Shown here: positions 1 through 7,110 of the stretch, piece by piece
Position numbering within the stretch: position 1 is the first letter of the stretch
How the letters are laid out: each line of letters begins with the position of its first letter
Assembly: GCA_038248345.1 (NCBI GenBank)
Contig: JBBRXO010000071.1
Coordinates: forward strand, 1-13,699
Origin: Armatimonadota bacterium
GTDB lineage: Bacteria; Armatimonadota; Hebobacteria; CAIYQO01
DNA length: 13,699 nt
Reading direction: 5' to 3'
Made by a program: the position numbers and the translations under genes
The notes under the pieces: model-generated
Told to the model about the DNA's origin: nothing
Database searches by the model: none
Seen by the model: only the letters and a program-made list of their open reading frames with translations

Positions 1-2
1 CA

Positions 3-672
3 GGGTGGACGGTGACCTACAGCACGATGACTGCCAACGCTGACGTGACCGCCGCCGTCACCGGCAACGGGTGGTCAACCGGAGCGCTGGCCGTCGGCGC
101 GCTGGACGTCGGGCTGATTGTCCGCGTGACGCCGGGGGCGAGTCTGCCGCCGGGCACCAAGCTGACGTTGACATTGACGGCGACCTCAATCACTGATGGC
201 ACAAAGAAGGACGTCGGCCAACTGGTCACCACGGCCACCGGGGCGCAACCTGACCTCTGGCTACGCGCCAGCACGGACGCTGCTTATACGGGACTTAACG
301 TCTACAGCGCCGACGGGAGCACGCAAAAGTCTGCGCAGTCGGTAGTAGCTGGCAAGACGGGCTACTACTTTCTGCATGTGCAGAATGACGGCACGGCAAC
401 CGACACCTTCATCGTGAAAGCCCCGGCCGCCCCGGCGGGATGGACGGTGAAATACAGCACGATGACTACCAGTGCTGACGTGACCGCCGCCGTTACCGGC
501 AACGGGTGGTCAACCGGAGCGCTGGCCGTCGGCGCGCTGGACGTCGGCCTGATCGTCCGCGTGACGCCCGTGGCGACGACGTTGCCTAACACCAAGTTGA
601 CGTTGGCGGTAACGGCCATTTCCATCGCAGATGGCACAAAGAAGGACGTCGGCCAACTGGTCAACACGGTCA
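3..672 (+). repeat. Intragenic 435-bp (145-aa) tandem repeat: one partial and one full copy of an Ig-like/NEW3-like domain
   Basis: GACGTGACCGCCGCCGT occurs at 42 and 477 (offset 435). ADVTAAVTGNGWSTGALAVGALDVGLIVRVTP and DGTKKDVGQLV are repeated exactly. Confidence 0.85.
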
Positions 673-3600
673 CTGCATCACCCACCATCAGCAGCTTCAC
701 CCCGACTAGCGGGCTAGTGGGCACGCTGATCACTCTGACAGGCACTAACTTCACCGGGGCGACCGCAGTGAAATTCAATGGCACGGCGGCCACGACCTTT
801 AGCGTGGTCAGCGCCACTAGCGTTACGGCGACTGTCCCGGCGGGCGCAACTACTGGGATGATTACCGTCACTACCCCCGGCGGCACGGCCACCAGCACAT
901 TGAACTTCATCGTTGGGATCAATTCGATCAACTATATAGACAACGCTGACATGGTCTGGGTGCCCGGCGCAACCTTCACCATGGGCAGTCCTGATGGTGT
1001 AGGATATCCTAATGAACATCCTGCGCATAAGGTCACCCTATCTGGCTATTGGATCTACAAATATGATGTGACGGTGGCGCAATACCGCGCCTTCTGTTCC
1101 GCCACCGGGCGGGCGTTGCCACCTTGGCCCGGGAATCAGTACAGCTGGACTGGTAAATCTGGCTGGGATGATGCGGCATTACAGCAGCACCCGATCGTCA
1201 ATGTCACCTGGTATGATGCTAATGCCTACGCTGACTGGGCCGGAGTAAAACTGCCCACCGAAGCACAATGGGAATATGCTGCACGTGGGCCGCAAGGCAA
1301 CAACTACCCATGGGGTGGCACGGCTACTGTTGCTGACCCTAACAACGGCTGGGATGAGACCAAGTGCGCCAACTATTACAATTCAATTGCTGTAGGTAAG
1401 AGCACCTGGCCGGTGGGCAGTTTCCCAGCTGGCGCCAGCTGGTGTGGAGCGCAGGATATGGCCGGCAACGTCTGGCAGTGGTGTGGCGACTGGTACAGTA
1501 GCTATTCTGCCACACCGGTTACCAGCCCCTCGGGTCCTAAAACGGGTGATTACCGCGTGCTGCGGGGCACTGCGTGGGACCAGATCTACGTCTTCTGCTT
1601 CCGTGGTACGTATCGCGGCTACGGCAGCCCTACCACCTACAGTAGCGGCATCGGGTTCCGTTGCGCGTCCTTCTCGTCAGCACCGGCCACTATGCTACCC
1701 ACAGTCACCTCGTTAAACCCGGGCAGCGGGCCGGTGGGCACGATGGTAACCCTCACCGGGACGAATCTGGCTACGGTGACGGGAGTAAAATTCAACGGCG
1801 TCATCGCCATCTTTACAACGGTGAATGCCACCACCGTCACTACTACTGTGCCCGTCGGTGCGACCACTGGCCCGGTCACCGTAACCACCCTCGATGGCAC
1901 CGCTACCAGCACGGCGAGCTTCACCGTCATTCCCAATCCGACGATCACCTCTTTCACTCCGACCAACGGGGCGGTGGGCACGGTGGTTACTTTGGCAGGC
2001 GCCAACTTCACCGGGGCAACAGTGGTGAAATTCAATGGCACAGCGGCCACGACATTTAGCGTGGTCAGCGCCACCAGCATCACCGCCACAGTACCGATGG
2101 GCGCAACTACCGGAAAGATAATCGTGACCACCCCTGGCGGCACTGCCACCAGCGCTACTAATTATTCGCTACCGCCGACTATCACTTCCTTCATACCGGC
2201 TAGCGGGCCGGTGGGCACAGTGGTTACCATCACTGGCACCAACTTCACCGGGACGACGGCGGTAAAATTCAATGGCACGGCGACCACAAACTTTAGCGTG
2301 GATAGTGCTACCAGCATAACGGCGACTGTCCCGATCGGTGCCACCACCGGAAAGATCAGCGTGACCACTCCCGGCGGTACGGCGAGCAGCGCAACGAACT
2401 TCACCTTCATCCCAGCACCGACGATCAACGGCTTCACCCCGGCCAGCGGCGGGCCGGTGGGCATGGTGATCACGGTGGCAGGCGCCAACTTCACTGGGGC
2501 CACGGCGGTTAAATTCAATGGCAGAGCAGCCATATCCTTTAGTGTGGTCAGTGCCACCAGCATCACCGTAACTGTCCCGATGGGGGCAACTACCGGTACC
2601 ATTACTGTTACCACGCCCGGCGGCACGGCAACCAGCGCGACGAGCTTCACCGTCATTCCGGCACCCTTGATTAGTTCTTTCACCCCGGCCAGCGGGCCGG
2701 TGAACACGGTGGTAACTGTGGTAGGCACTAACTTCACCGGAGCGACGGCAGTGAAATTCAACGGCATTGCGGCCACGACCTTTAGCGTGGTCAGCGCCAC
2801 CAGCGTTACGGCGACTGTTCCGGTAGGCGCAACTACTGGGAAGATTACCGTCACTACCCCCGGCGGCACGGCGACTAGCGCGATGAGCTTCACCGTCATT
2901 CCCACCATCACCTCCTTCACCCCGGTCAGCGGGCCGGTGGGCACGGTGGTTATTATCACCGGCACCAACTTCACTGGGGCAACAGCAGTGAAATTTAATG
3001 GCATAGCGGCGACGACCTTTAGCGTGACCAGCGCTACGACCATCACCGTCACTGTACCCGCCGGTGCCACCATTGGCCCAATCACCGTAACCACTCTCAA
3101 TGGTATCGCAACCAGCACGGTAATCTTCTTCGTCGGCACCAAGTCGATCAACCAGATCGACAAAGCCAACATGATCTGGGTGGCCGGTACTTCCTTCACC
3201 ATGGGGACGGATATCAACCCGTCTTGGGATTCCCCCACCACACAACAGGTAACTCTCACCGGCTATTGGATCTACGAATATGATGTCACCGTGGCGCAGT
3301 ACAAGGTATTCTGTTCTGCCACCGGCCGCAATATGCCAGTCTGGCCCGACGAGGAGTTTAGCTGGGCGGGCAAAAATAACTGGGATAACCCGGCGCTGCA
3401 GCAACACCCCATCGTCAACGTAACCTGGTTTGATGCCAAAGCCTATGCAGATTGGGCAGGAGTAAAACTGCCGACAGAAGCACAATGGGAATATGCTGCA
3501 CGAGGTAATACGGGGAAAAATTATCCCTGGGGCGGCCTGGCAAACGATAATGACCCCTACGACGGCTGGGATGACACAAAGTGCGCTAGCTACTCCAATT

Positions 3601-3914
3601 CCTTCTCCAAAGGAATAAGTACCTGGCCCGTAGGTAGCTTCCCCACGGGAGCGAGCTGGTGTGGCGCGCAGGACATGGCAGGCAACGTCTGGCAATGGTG
3701 TGCAGACTGGTACGGCGATTACTCCGTTGCCACGGTCAACAATCCTACCGGACCCGCAACAGGCAACGGATACGTACAACGGGGCGGTTCATGGGTAAAC
3801 GGCTCCTTCGGCTACAACGATTGCCATCGCACCTCATATCGCAACGAAGTTAAACCGGATGAAATCCGGAACGATGCCGGATTCCGTTGCGCATCCACCA
3901 CTCCGGTGCCGTAA
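3..3914 (+). CDS. 5'-truncated large modular surface/secreted protein: 145-aa beta-rich repeats, IPT/TIG, FGE-sulfatase (SUMF1/CLec-fold) domain, 6x IPT/TIG, second FGE-sulfatase domain
   Basis: The frame is open from base 3 (GWTVTYSTMT matches the internal repeat GWTVKYSTMT), so GTG at 12 is probably not the real start. IPT units follow the pattern PTITSFTPxSGPVGTxVTITGTNFTGATAVKFNG...VTTPGGTATS. FGE motifs appear twice: FTMG, P(I/V)VNVTWxDAxAY, LPTEAQWEYAARG, DMAGNVWQWC, GFRC. Stop TAA at 3912-3914. Confidence 0.93.
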   Translation, partial: GWTVTYSTMTANADVTAAVTGNGWSTGALAVGALDVGLIVRVTPGASLPPGTKLTLTLTATSITDGTKKDVGQLVTTATGAQPDLWLRASTDAAYTGLNVYSADGSTQKSAQSVVAGKTGYYFLHVQNDGTATDTFIVKAPAAPAGWTVKYSTMTTSADVTAAVTGNGWSTGALAVGALDVGLIVRVTPVATTLPNTKLTLAVTAISIADGTKKDVGQLVNTVTASPTISSFTPTSGLVGTLITLTGTNFTGATAVKFNGTAATTFSVVSATSVTATVPAGATTGMITVTTPGGTATSTLNFIVGINSINYIDNADMVWVPGATFTMGSPDGVGYPNEHPAHKVTLSGYWIYKYDVTVAQYRAFCSATGRALPPWPGNQYSWTGKSGWDDAALQQHPIVNVTWYDANAYADWAGVKLPTEAQWEYAARGPQGNNYPWGGTATVADPNNGWDETKCANYYNSIAVGKSTWPVGSFPAGASWCGAQDMAGNVWQWCGDWYSSYSATPVTSPSGPKTGDYRVLRGTAWDQIYVFCFRGTYRGYGSPTTYSSGIGFRCASFSSAPATMLPTVTSLNPGSGPVGTMVTLTGTNLATVTGVKFNGVIAIFTTVNATTVTTTVPVGATTGPVTVTTLDGTATSTASFTVIPNPTITSFTPTNGAVGTVVTLAGANFTGATVVKFNGTAATTFSVVSATSITATVPMGATTGKIIVTTPGGTATSATNYSLPPTITSFIPASGPVGTVVTITGTNFTGTTAVKFNGTATTNFSVDSATSITATVPIGATTGKISVTTPGGTASSATNFTFIPAPTINGFTPASGGPVGMVITVAGANFTGATAVKFNGRAAISFSVVSATSITVTVPMGATTGTITVTTPGGTATSATSFTVIPAPLISSFTPASGPVNTVVTVVGTNFTGATAVKFNGIAATTFSVVSATSVTATVPVGATTGKITVTTPGGTATSAMSFTVIPTITSFTPVSGPVGTVVIITGTNFTGATAVKFNGIAATTFSVTSATTITVTVPAGATIGPITVTTLNGIATSTVIFFVGTKSINQIDKANMIWVAGTSFTMGTDINPSWDSPTTQQVTLTGYWIYEYDVTVAQYKVFCSATGRNMPVWPDEEFSWAGKNNWDNPALQQHPIVNVTWFDAKAYADWAGVKLPTEAQWEYAARGNTGKNYPWGGLANDNDPYDGWDDTKCASYSNSFSKGISTWPVGSFPTGASWCGAQDMAGNVWQWCADWYGDYSVATVNNPTGPATGNGYVQRGGSWVNGSFGYNDCHRTSYRNEVKPDEIRNDAGFRCASTTPVP
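681..3135 (+). repeat. Seven ~240-bp IPT/TIG domain repeats, starting at about 681, 1698, 1938, 2175, 2418, 2664 and 2901
   Basis: Recurrent DNA motifs AACTTCACCGG, GTGAAATTCAA(T/C)GGC and TTTAGCGTGGTCAGCGCCAC, and a recurrent ~80-aa protein pattern. Confidence 0.9.
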
Positions 3915-4042
3915 TCTTTACCCATATTTATAGTATTTGAAGGATTTTCTTGATAATCTGCTGCCTGAAGGGAATATATCATCGACCCAACGGAGTGGTT
4001 ATCAGGGAAATCCTTATAAGCAGGTAAATCTGGGTTCAGACA
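3913..4042. mobile_element. Putative MITE/REPIN-like element: degenerate 44-bp inverted arms (3913-3956 +, 3999-4042 -) around a 42-bp core
   Basis: The reverse complement of 3999-4042 is TGTCTGAACCCAGATTTACCTGCTTATAAGGATTTCCCTGATAA, which matches 13464-13507 at 37/44. Segment 3913-3956 matches 13464-13507 at 34/44. All counts are by hand, ungapped. Confidence 0.6.
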
Positions 4043-4058
4043 ATATCCTCACCGAATA

Positions 4059-4067
4059 TGCTACAAT
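4059..4067 (+). promoter_or_regulatory. Putative extended -10 promoter (TGcTACAAT) for ribF
   Basis: TG-n-TACAAT ends 6 nt before the GTG at 4074. Confidence 0.5.
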
Positions 4068-4073
4068 ATCGTT

Positions 4074-5006
4074 GTGAATAATAGAGAACCAATGCAGATA
4101 ATTCGTGGTATTCGCCCGGATATCTTCCCCGCTTCGGTGGTAACCCTGGGGATGTTTGATGGCGTGCATCTGGGGCATCAGGCGTTGTTGCGTGCTTGCC
4201 GCGCCCATGCGAATCGGCTGGGATTGCCGGCGGTGGCGCTCACCTATGAGCCGCATCCGGTGAAAGTACTGCACCCCGAGGTGCCGCTGAAGCTCCTCAC
4301 CACACTGCCCGAGAAGCTGCACCTGCTGGCGGAGTGGGGCATGGATGCAACGGTGGTGGCGGAGTTCACCCCCGAATTCGCCCGACTCACCCCGACGGAT
4401 TTCATCAGTGACGTCCTCTGCCACGCGCTACACCCGGCGCAGGTGGTGGCGGGCTACCGCACTACCTTTGGCCGGGAGCGCGCTGGATCGGCGGTAGTGC
4501 TGCAGCAACTGGGCAATGAATGTCGCTTCGGAGTAGAGATCATCTCCCCCGTGGAGGCATCCATCGGCGCGATCAGCAGCACTGGCATCAGAAAATTACT
4601 CGCTGATGGACAAGTGGAGACCGCCGCCGAGATGCTCGGGCATTTCTATACGCTATCCGGCAACGTGATGCACGGCGACGCTCGCGGGCGCGAGCTGGGC
4701 TTTCCCACCGCCAACATCCTCCCCCCTCCCGATAAGATCATCCCGGCAGAGGGCGTCTATGCAGTAGCGGTGTGCGTAAATGGTAAACAAATACGCGCTG
4801 TGATGAACATCGGCGACCGCCCCACCTTCGACCGCCCCTACTCGCTGGAGGTGCATCTGCTGGACTTCAGCGGTGATCTGTACGAGCAGGAGCTTGCCAT
4901 CACCTTCCTCGCTCGCATCCGCAGTGTGCAACGCTTCTCCTCCGCGCAGGAGCTGATGGCACGAATTAAACAAGATATCGCAGTGGCACGCGGTGTCGCC
5001 GGGTAG
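4074..5006 (+). CDS. ribF: Bifunctional riboflavin kinase / FAD synthetase (alternative start ATG 4092)
   Basis: Motifs GMFDGVHLGHQ, ISSTGIR, GRELGFPTAN, NIGDRPTF and LEVHLLDF; about 305-310 aa. Confidence 0.96.
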   Translation: MNNREPMQIIRGIRPDIFPASVVTLGMFDGVHLGHQALLRACRAHANRLGLPAVALTYEPHPVKVLHPEVPLKLLTTLPEKLHLLAEWGMDATVVAEFTPEFARLTPTDFISDVLCHALHPAQVVAGYRTTFGRERAGSAVVLQQLGNECRFGVEIISPVEASIGAISSTGIRKLLADGQVETAAEMLGHFYTLSGNVMHGDARGRELGFPTANILPPPDKIIPAEGVYAVAVCVNGKQIRAVMNIGDRPTFDRPYSLEVHLLDFSGDLYEQELAITFLARIRSVQRFSSAQELMARIKQDIAVARGVAG

Positions 5007-5032
5007 ACCTACCACGTACCATAGGGTACAAT
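5004..5032 (+). promoter_or_regulatory. Putative sigma70 promoter TAGACC-N17-TACAAT
   Basis: -35 TAGACC at 5004-5009, a 17-bp spacer, and -10 TACAAT at 5027-5032. ATG 5040 lies 7 nt downstream. Confidence 0.55.
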
Positions 5033-5039
5033 AACACTG

Positions 5040-5411
5040 ATGAATGATGTTTTCAACTGGATACTTGTCACCCTGGCGCTGGGCTACGTGAGTGGTTTGC
5101 TCTTTGTACGTTTCAGCAATTCAGGCATGTCACGGCGTAAGGTGTGGCTGAAGCTGGGCGAACTGTGGATCACCTTCGCCGTAATTATCGGGGCGTTGGC
5201 AGGCGCACGGGCAATGCTTGGAACTGTCCGCACGACCTCTACTAACGATGAAATGAGCCAACAGTGGAATAACTTCGCCGCGTTAGCGCTTTATCAGCAG
5301 GTGTTGATGGTGGTAATGCTACTGGCGGCACTGGTGTTATTTATCAGGGTATTTTCGTCCTTACGTTCATTAGATAACGGTGGGCGTGCCCCGGAGGGAA
5401 AAGATGAATAA
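5040..5411 (+). CDS. Hypothetical membrane protein, about 3 TM helices
   Basis: Three hydrophobic stretches. The ORF fills the ribF-argF gap, and its stop overlaps the argF start (ATGAATAA 5404-5411). Confidence 0.75.
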   Translation: MNDVFNWILVTLALGYVSGLLFVRFSNSGMSRRKVWLKLGELWITFAVIIGALAGARAMLGTVRTTSTNDEMSQQWNNFAALALYQQVLMVVMLLAALVLFIRVFSSLRSLDNGGRAPEGKDE

Positions 5412-6342
5412 GTGGATTAATCGTGACCTGATTTCAATAGCCGATTATAGCAGCGAAGAAGCAGCGTTCGTGCTGGACGCCGCACTGACGCTCAAAGATG
5501 ACCCCGGGCAGGCAGCAAGGCTAGCCGAAGGTAAAACGCTGGCGATGATCTTTGAGAAGCAATCACTACGCACTCGCATGACCTTTGAGATCGCCATGAC
5601 GCAGATGGGCGGCCACGGTATCTATTTGCAGCCCGCTGATATCGGTCTGGGCACACGCGAGCCAGTAATGGACGTCGCCCGCTGTATGTCGCGCTGGTGC
5701 TCGGCCATCATGGCGCGAACCTTCAAACATGAGACGGTAGTCGAGTTGGCGGAATATGCCGACGTGCAGGTAATTAACGCGCTTTCTGATTGGGAGCATC
5801 CCTGCCAGGCGCTGGCGGATTTCCTGACTCTGCGTGAGCACTTGGGCGAAGTGCGCAGAAAGACACTGGCCTATGTGGGCGACGGCAATAATGTGGCACA
5901 TAGTCTGATGCTACTGGCGGCGAAGCTGGGTATGAATTGCCGCATCGGATGCCCGACCGGATACGAACCGGACGCAAAACTGACAGCAGCAGCGCAGCTC
6001 TGTGCGCAGGAAACCGGGGCAATAATTGAAGTTTTGCATGACCCCACCGCTGCTGTGAAGGATGCTGACGCCGTCTACACCGATGTATGGACGAGTATGG
6101 GACAGGAAAAAGAGCGCGAGGAACGCCTCCGCATCTTCCCGCCCTTCCAGATCAACGCCGAATTGCTGTCCCACGCAAACCCCGGTGCTTTGATAATGCA
6201 CTGCCTGCCAGCGCATCGCGGCGAGGAGATATCCGCAGCAGCGATGGATAGTCCAAATTCGGTGGTATTCGACGAAGCGGAGAACCGCCTGCACGCGCAG
6301 AAAGCTGTACTGGCGCTGGGCATGGGATGGCTACCGGATTAA
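5404..6342 (+). CDS. argF: Ornithine carbamoyltransferase (start ATG 5404 preferred over 5380)
   Basis: Motifs FEKQSLRTR, HPCQALAD, GDGNNVAHS, YTDVWTSMG, MHCLPAHRGEE and AENRLH. A GGAGG SD lies upstream of 5404. Confidence 0.94.
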   Translation: MNKWINRDLISIADYSSEEAAFVLDAALTLKDDPGQAARLAEGKTLAMIFEKQSLRTRMTFEIAMTQMGGHGIYLQPADIGLGTREPVMDVARCMSRWCSAIMARTFKHETVVELAEYADVQVINALSDWEHPCQALADFLTLREHLGEVRRKTLAYVGDGNNVAHSLMLLAAKLGMNCRIGCPTGYEPDAKLTAAAQLCAQETGAIIEVLHDPTAAVKDADAVYTDVWTSMGQEKEREERLRIFPPFQINAELLSHANPGALIMHCLPAHRGEEISAAAMDSPNSVVFDEAENRLHAQKAVLALGMGWLPD

Positions 6343-6360
6343 TATCTACGGGAGTGTGCG

Positions 6361-6969
6361 ATGGAACGTGCGAAAATTTATCGCTATACCGGCTGGGGAT
6401 CCATGGCGTTAGCTGTGATAATGCTGCTGATTACCGGTATCTGGTTACGCACACATCCATCGAAAATTCCTATCAATGACCTGCTGGCAATCCGCCTGGG
6501 GGCCTTTCCACGCGGCATTGTCATTCATCACAGCGCCACACCACCGACATTAAATGGTCGGCCTGTTGATGTGGCCGTTCTCGATGCGATGCATGCGGAA
6601 CGGGGGTTCTCCATCACCGATAAGGATGGCAAAGTTTACCATGTTGGTTACCATTTCGTTATCCAACAGGATGGCACCGTGCTCACCGCACGCCCGGAGA
6701 CTTTGCCCGGTGCCCACACGCGCAATCACAATGATATGCTGGGTATATCCCTCATCGGCAATTTTCAGGCATCTGATAATCACCACAATAGCAAAGGCCC
6801 AGTAGTACCGCCCCCCCCACAACTCGCCGCCGCGGAAAAGCTCACCCGCGAGTTAATGGCAAAATACCATTTGCCGCTCAATACCATCTATCTACACCGT
6901 GATCTGAACAATACTGATTGCCCCGGAGACATGTTCCCACGCGCGCAATTTATGCAGGCGCTACGATAA
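6361..6969 (+). CDS. N-acetylmuramoyl-L-alanine amidase (Amidase_2, T7-lysozyme/PGRP-like) with an N-terminal TM anchor
   Basis: Motifs IVIHHSAT, VGYHFVI, GAHT, LHRDL and TDCPG (Zn ligands H, H, C plus Tyr). Residues ~12-29 are hydrophobic, and a GGAG SD is present. Confidence 0.88.
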   Translation: MERAKIYRYTGWGSMALAVIMLLITGIWLRTHPSKIPINDLLAIRLGAFPRGIVIHHSATPPTLNGRPVDVAVLDAMHAERGFSITDKDGKVYHVGYHFVIQQDGTVLTARPETLPGAHTRNHNDMLGISLIGNFQASDNHHNSKGPVVPPPPQLAAAEKLTRELMAKYHLPLNTIYLHRDLNNTDCPGDMFPRAQFMQALR

Positions 6970-7036
6970 TTTTTTGCATCATCGAAAAATCTTAATATGC
7001 CAGGAAAATCCAGTACCACAATACTGATATTGCAGG

Positions 7037-7103
7037 TATAATACCAGACAGATTCATAATAACACGGCAACGTCATTATCTGACGATATTCGCAAGGTGA
7101 GGT
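7037..7103 (+). promoter_or_regulatory. Putative -10 box (TATAAT 7037-7042) and SD (AAGGTGAGGT 7094-7103) for pilT
   Basis: Perfect TATAAT in an AT-rich intergenic region; GAGGT ends 7 nt before ATG 7111. Confidence 0.5.
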
Positions 7104-7110
7104 AGATCAA

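Noticed and set aside
12..14. GTG at 12 as the start of the large protein
   Set aside because: It lies mid-repeat and the frame is open to the window edge, so the true start is upstream.
17..3779. Long minus-strand ORFs (17-274, 365-931, 1637-2149, 2162-3259, 2169-3779)
   Set aside because: Antisense shadows of the Thr/Val/Gly-rich repetitive gene; no independent motifs.
951..3914. Active formylglycine-generating enzyme or EgtB
   Set aside because: The catalytic CxxxxC pair is missing, there is no DinB-like EgtB domain and no sulfatase nearby.
3915..4073. DGR template repeat or RT downstream of the FGE gene
   Set aside because: No AAC-rich copy of either VR-like segment and no reverse transcriptase ORF anywhere in the window.
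5404..6342. N-acetyl/N-succinylornithine carbamoyltransferase
   Set aside because: Despite SLRT, the ornithine-binding DVWTSMG loop is intact.
6361..6969. Prophage endolysin
   Set aside because: No holin, structural or integrase genes; it is embedded among housekeeping genes.
7043..7100. c-di-GMP riboswitch upstream of pilT
   Set aside because: Only loose GGCAA/CGCAA words; the GNRA tetraloop/receptor and P1-P3 stems are not discernible, and the leader is too short.
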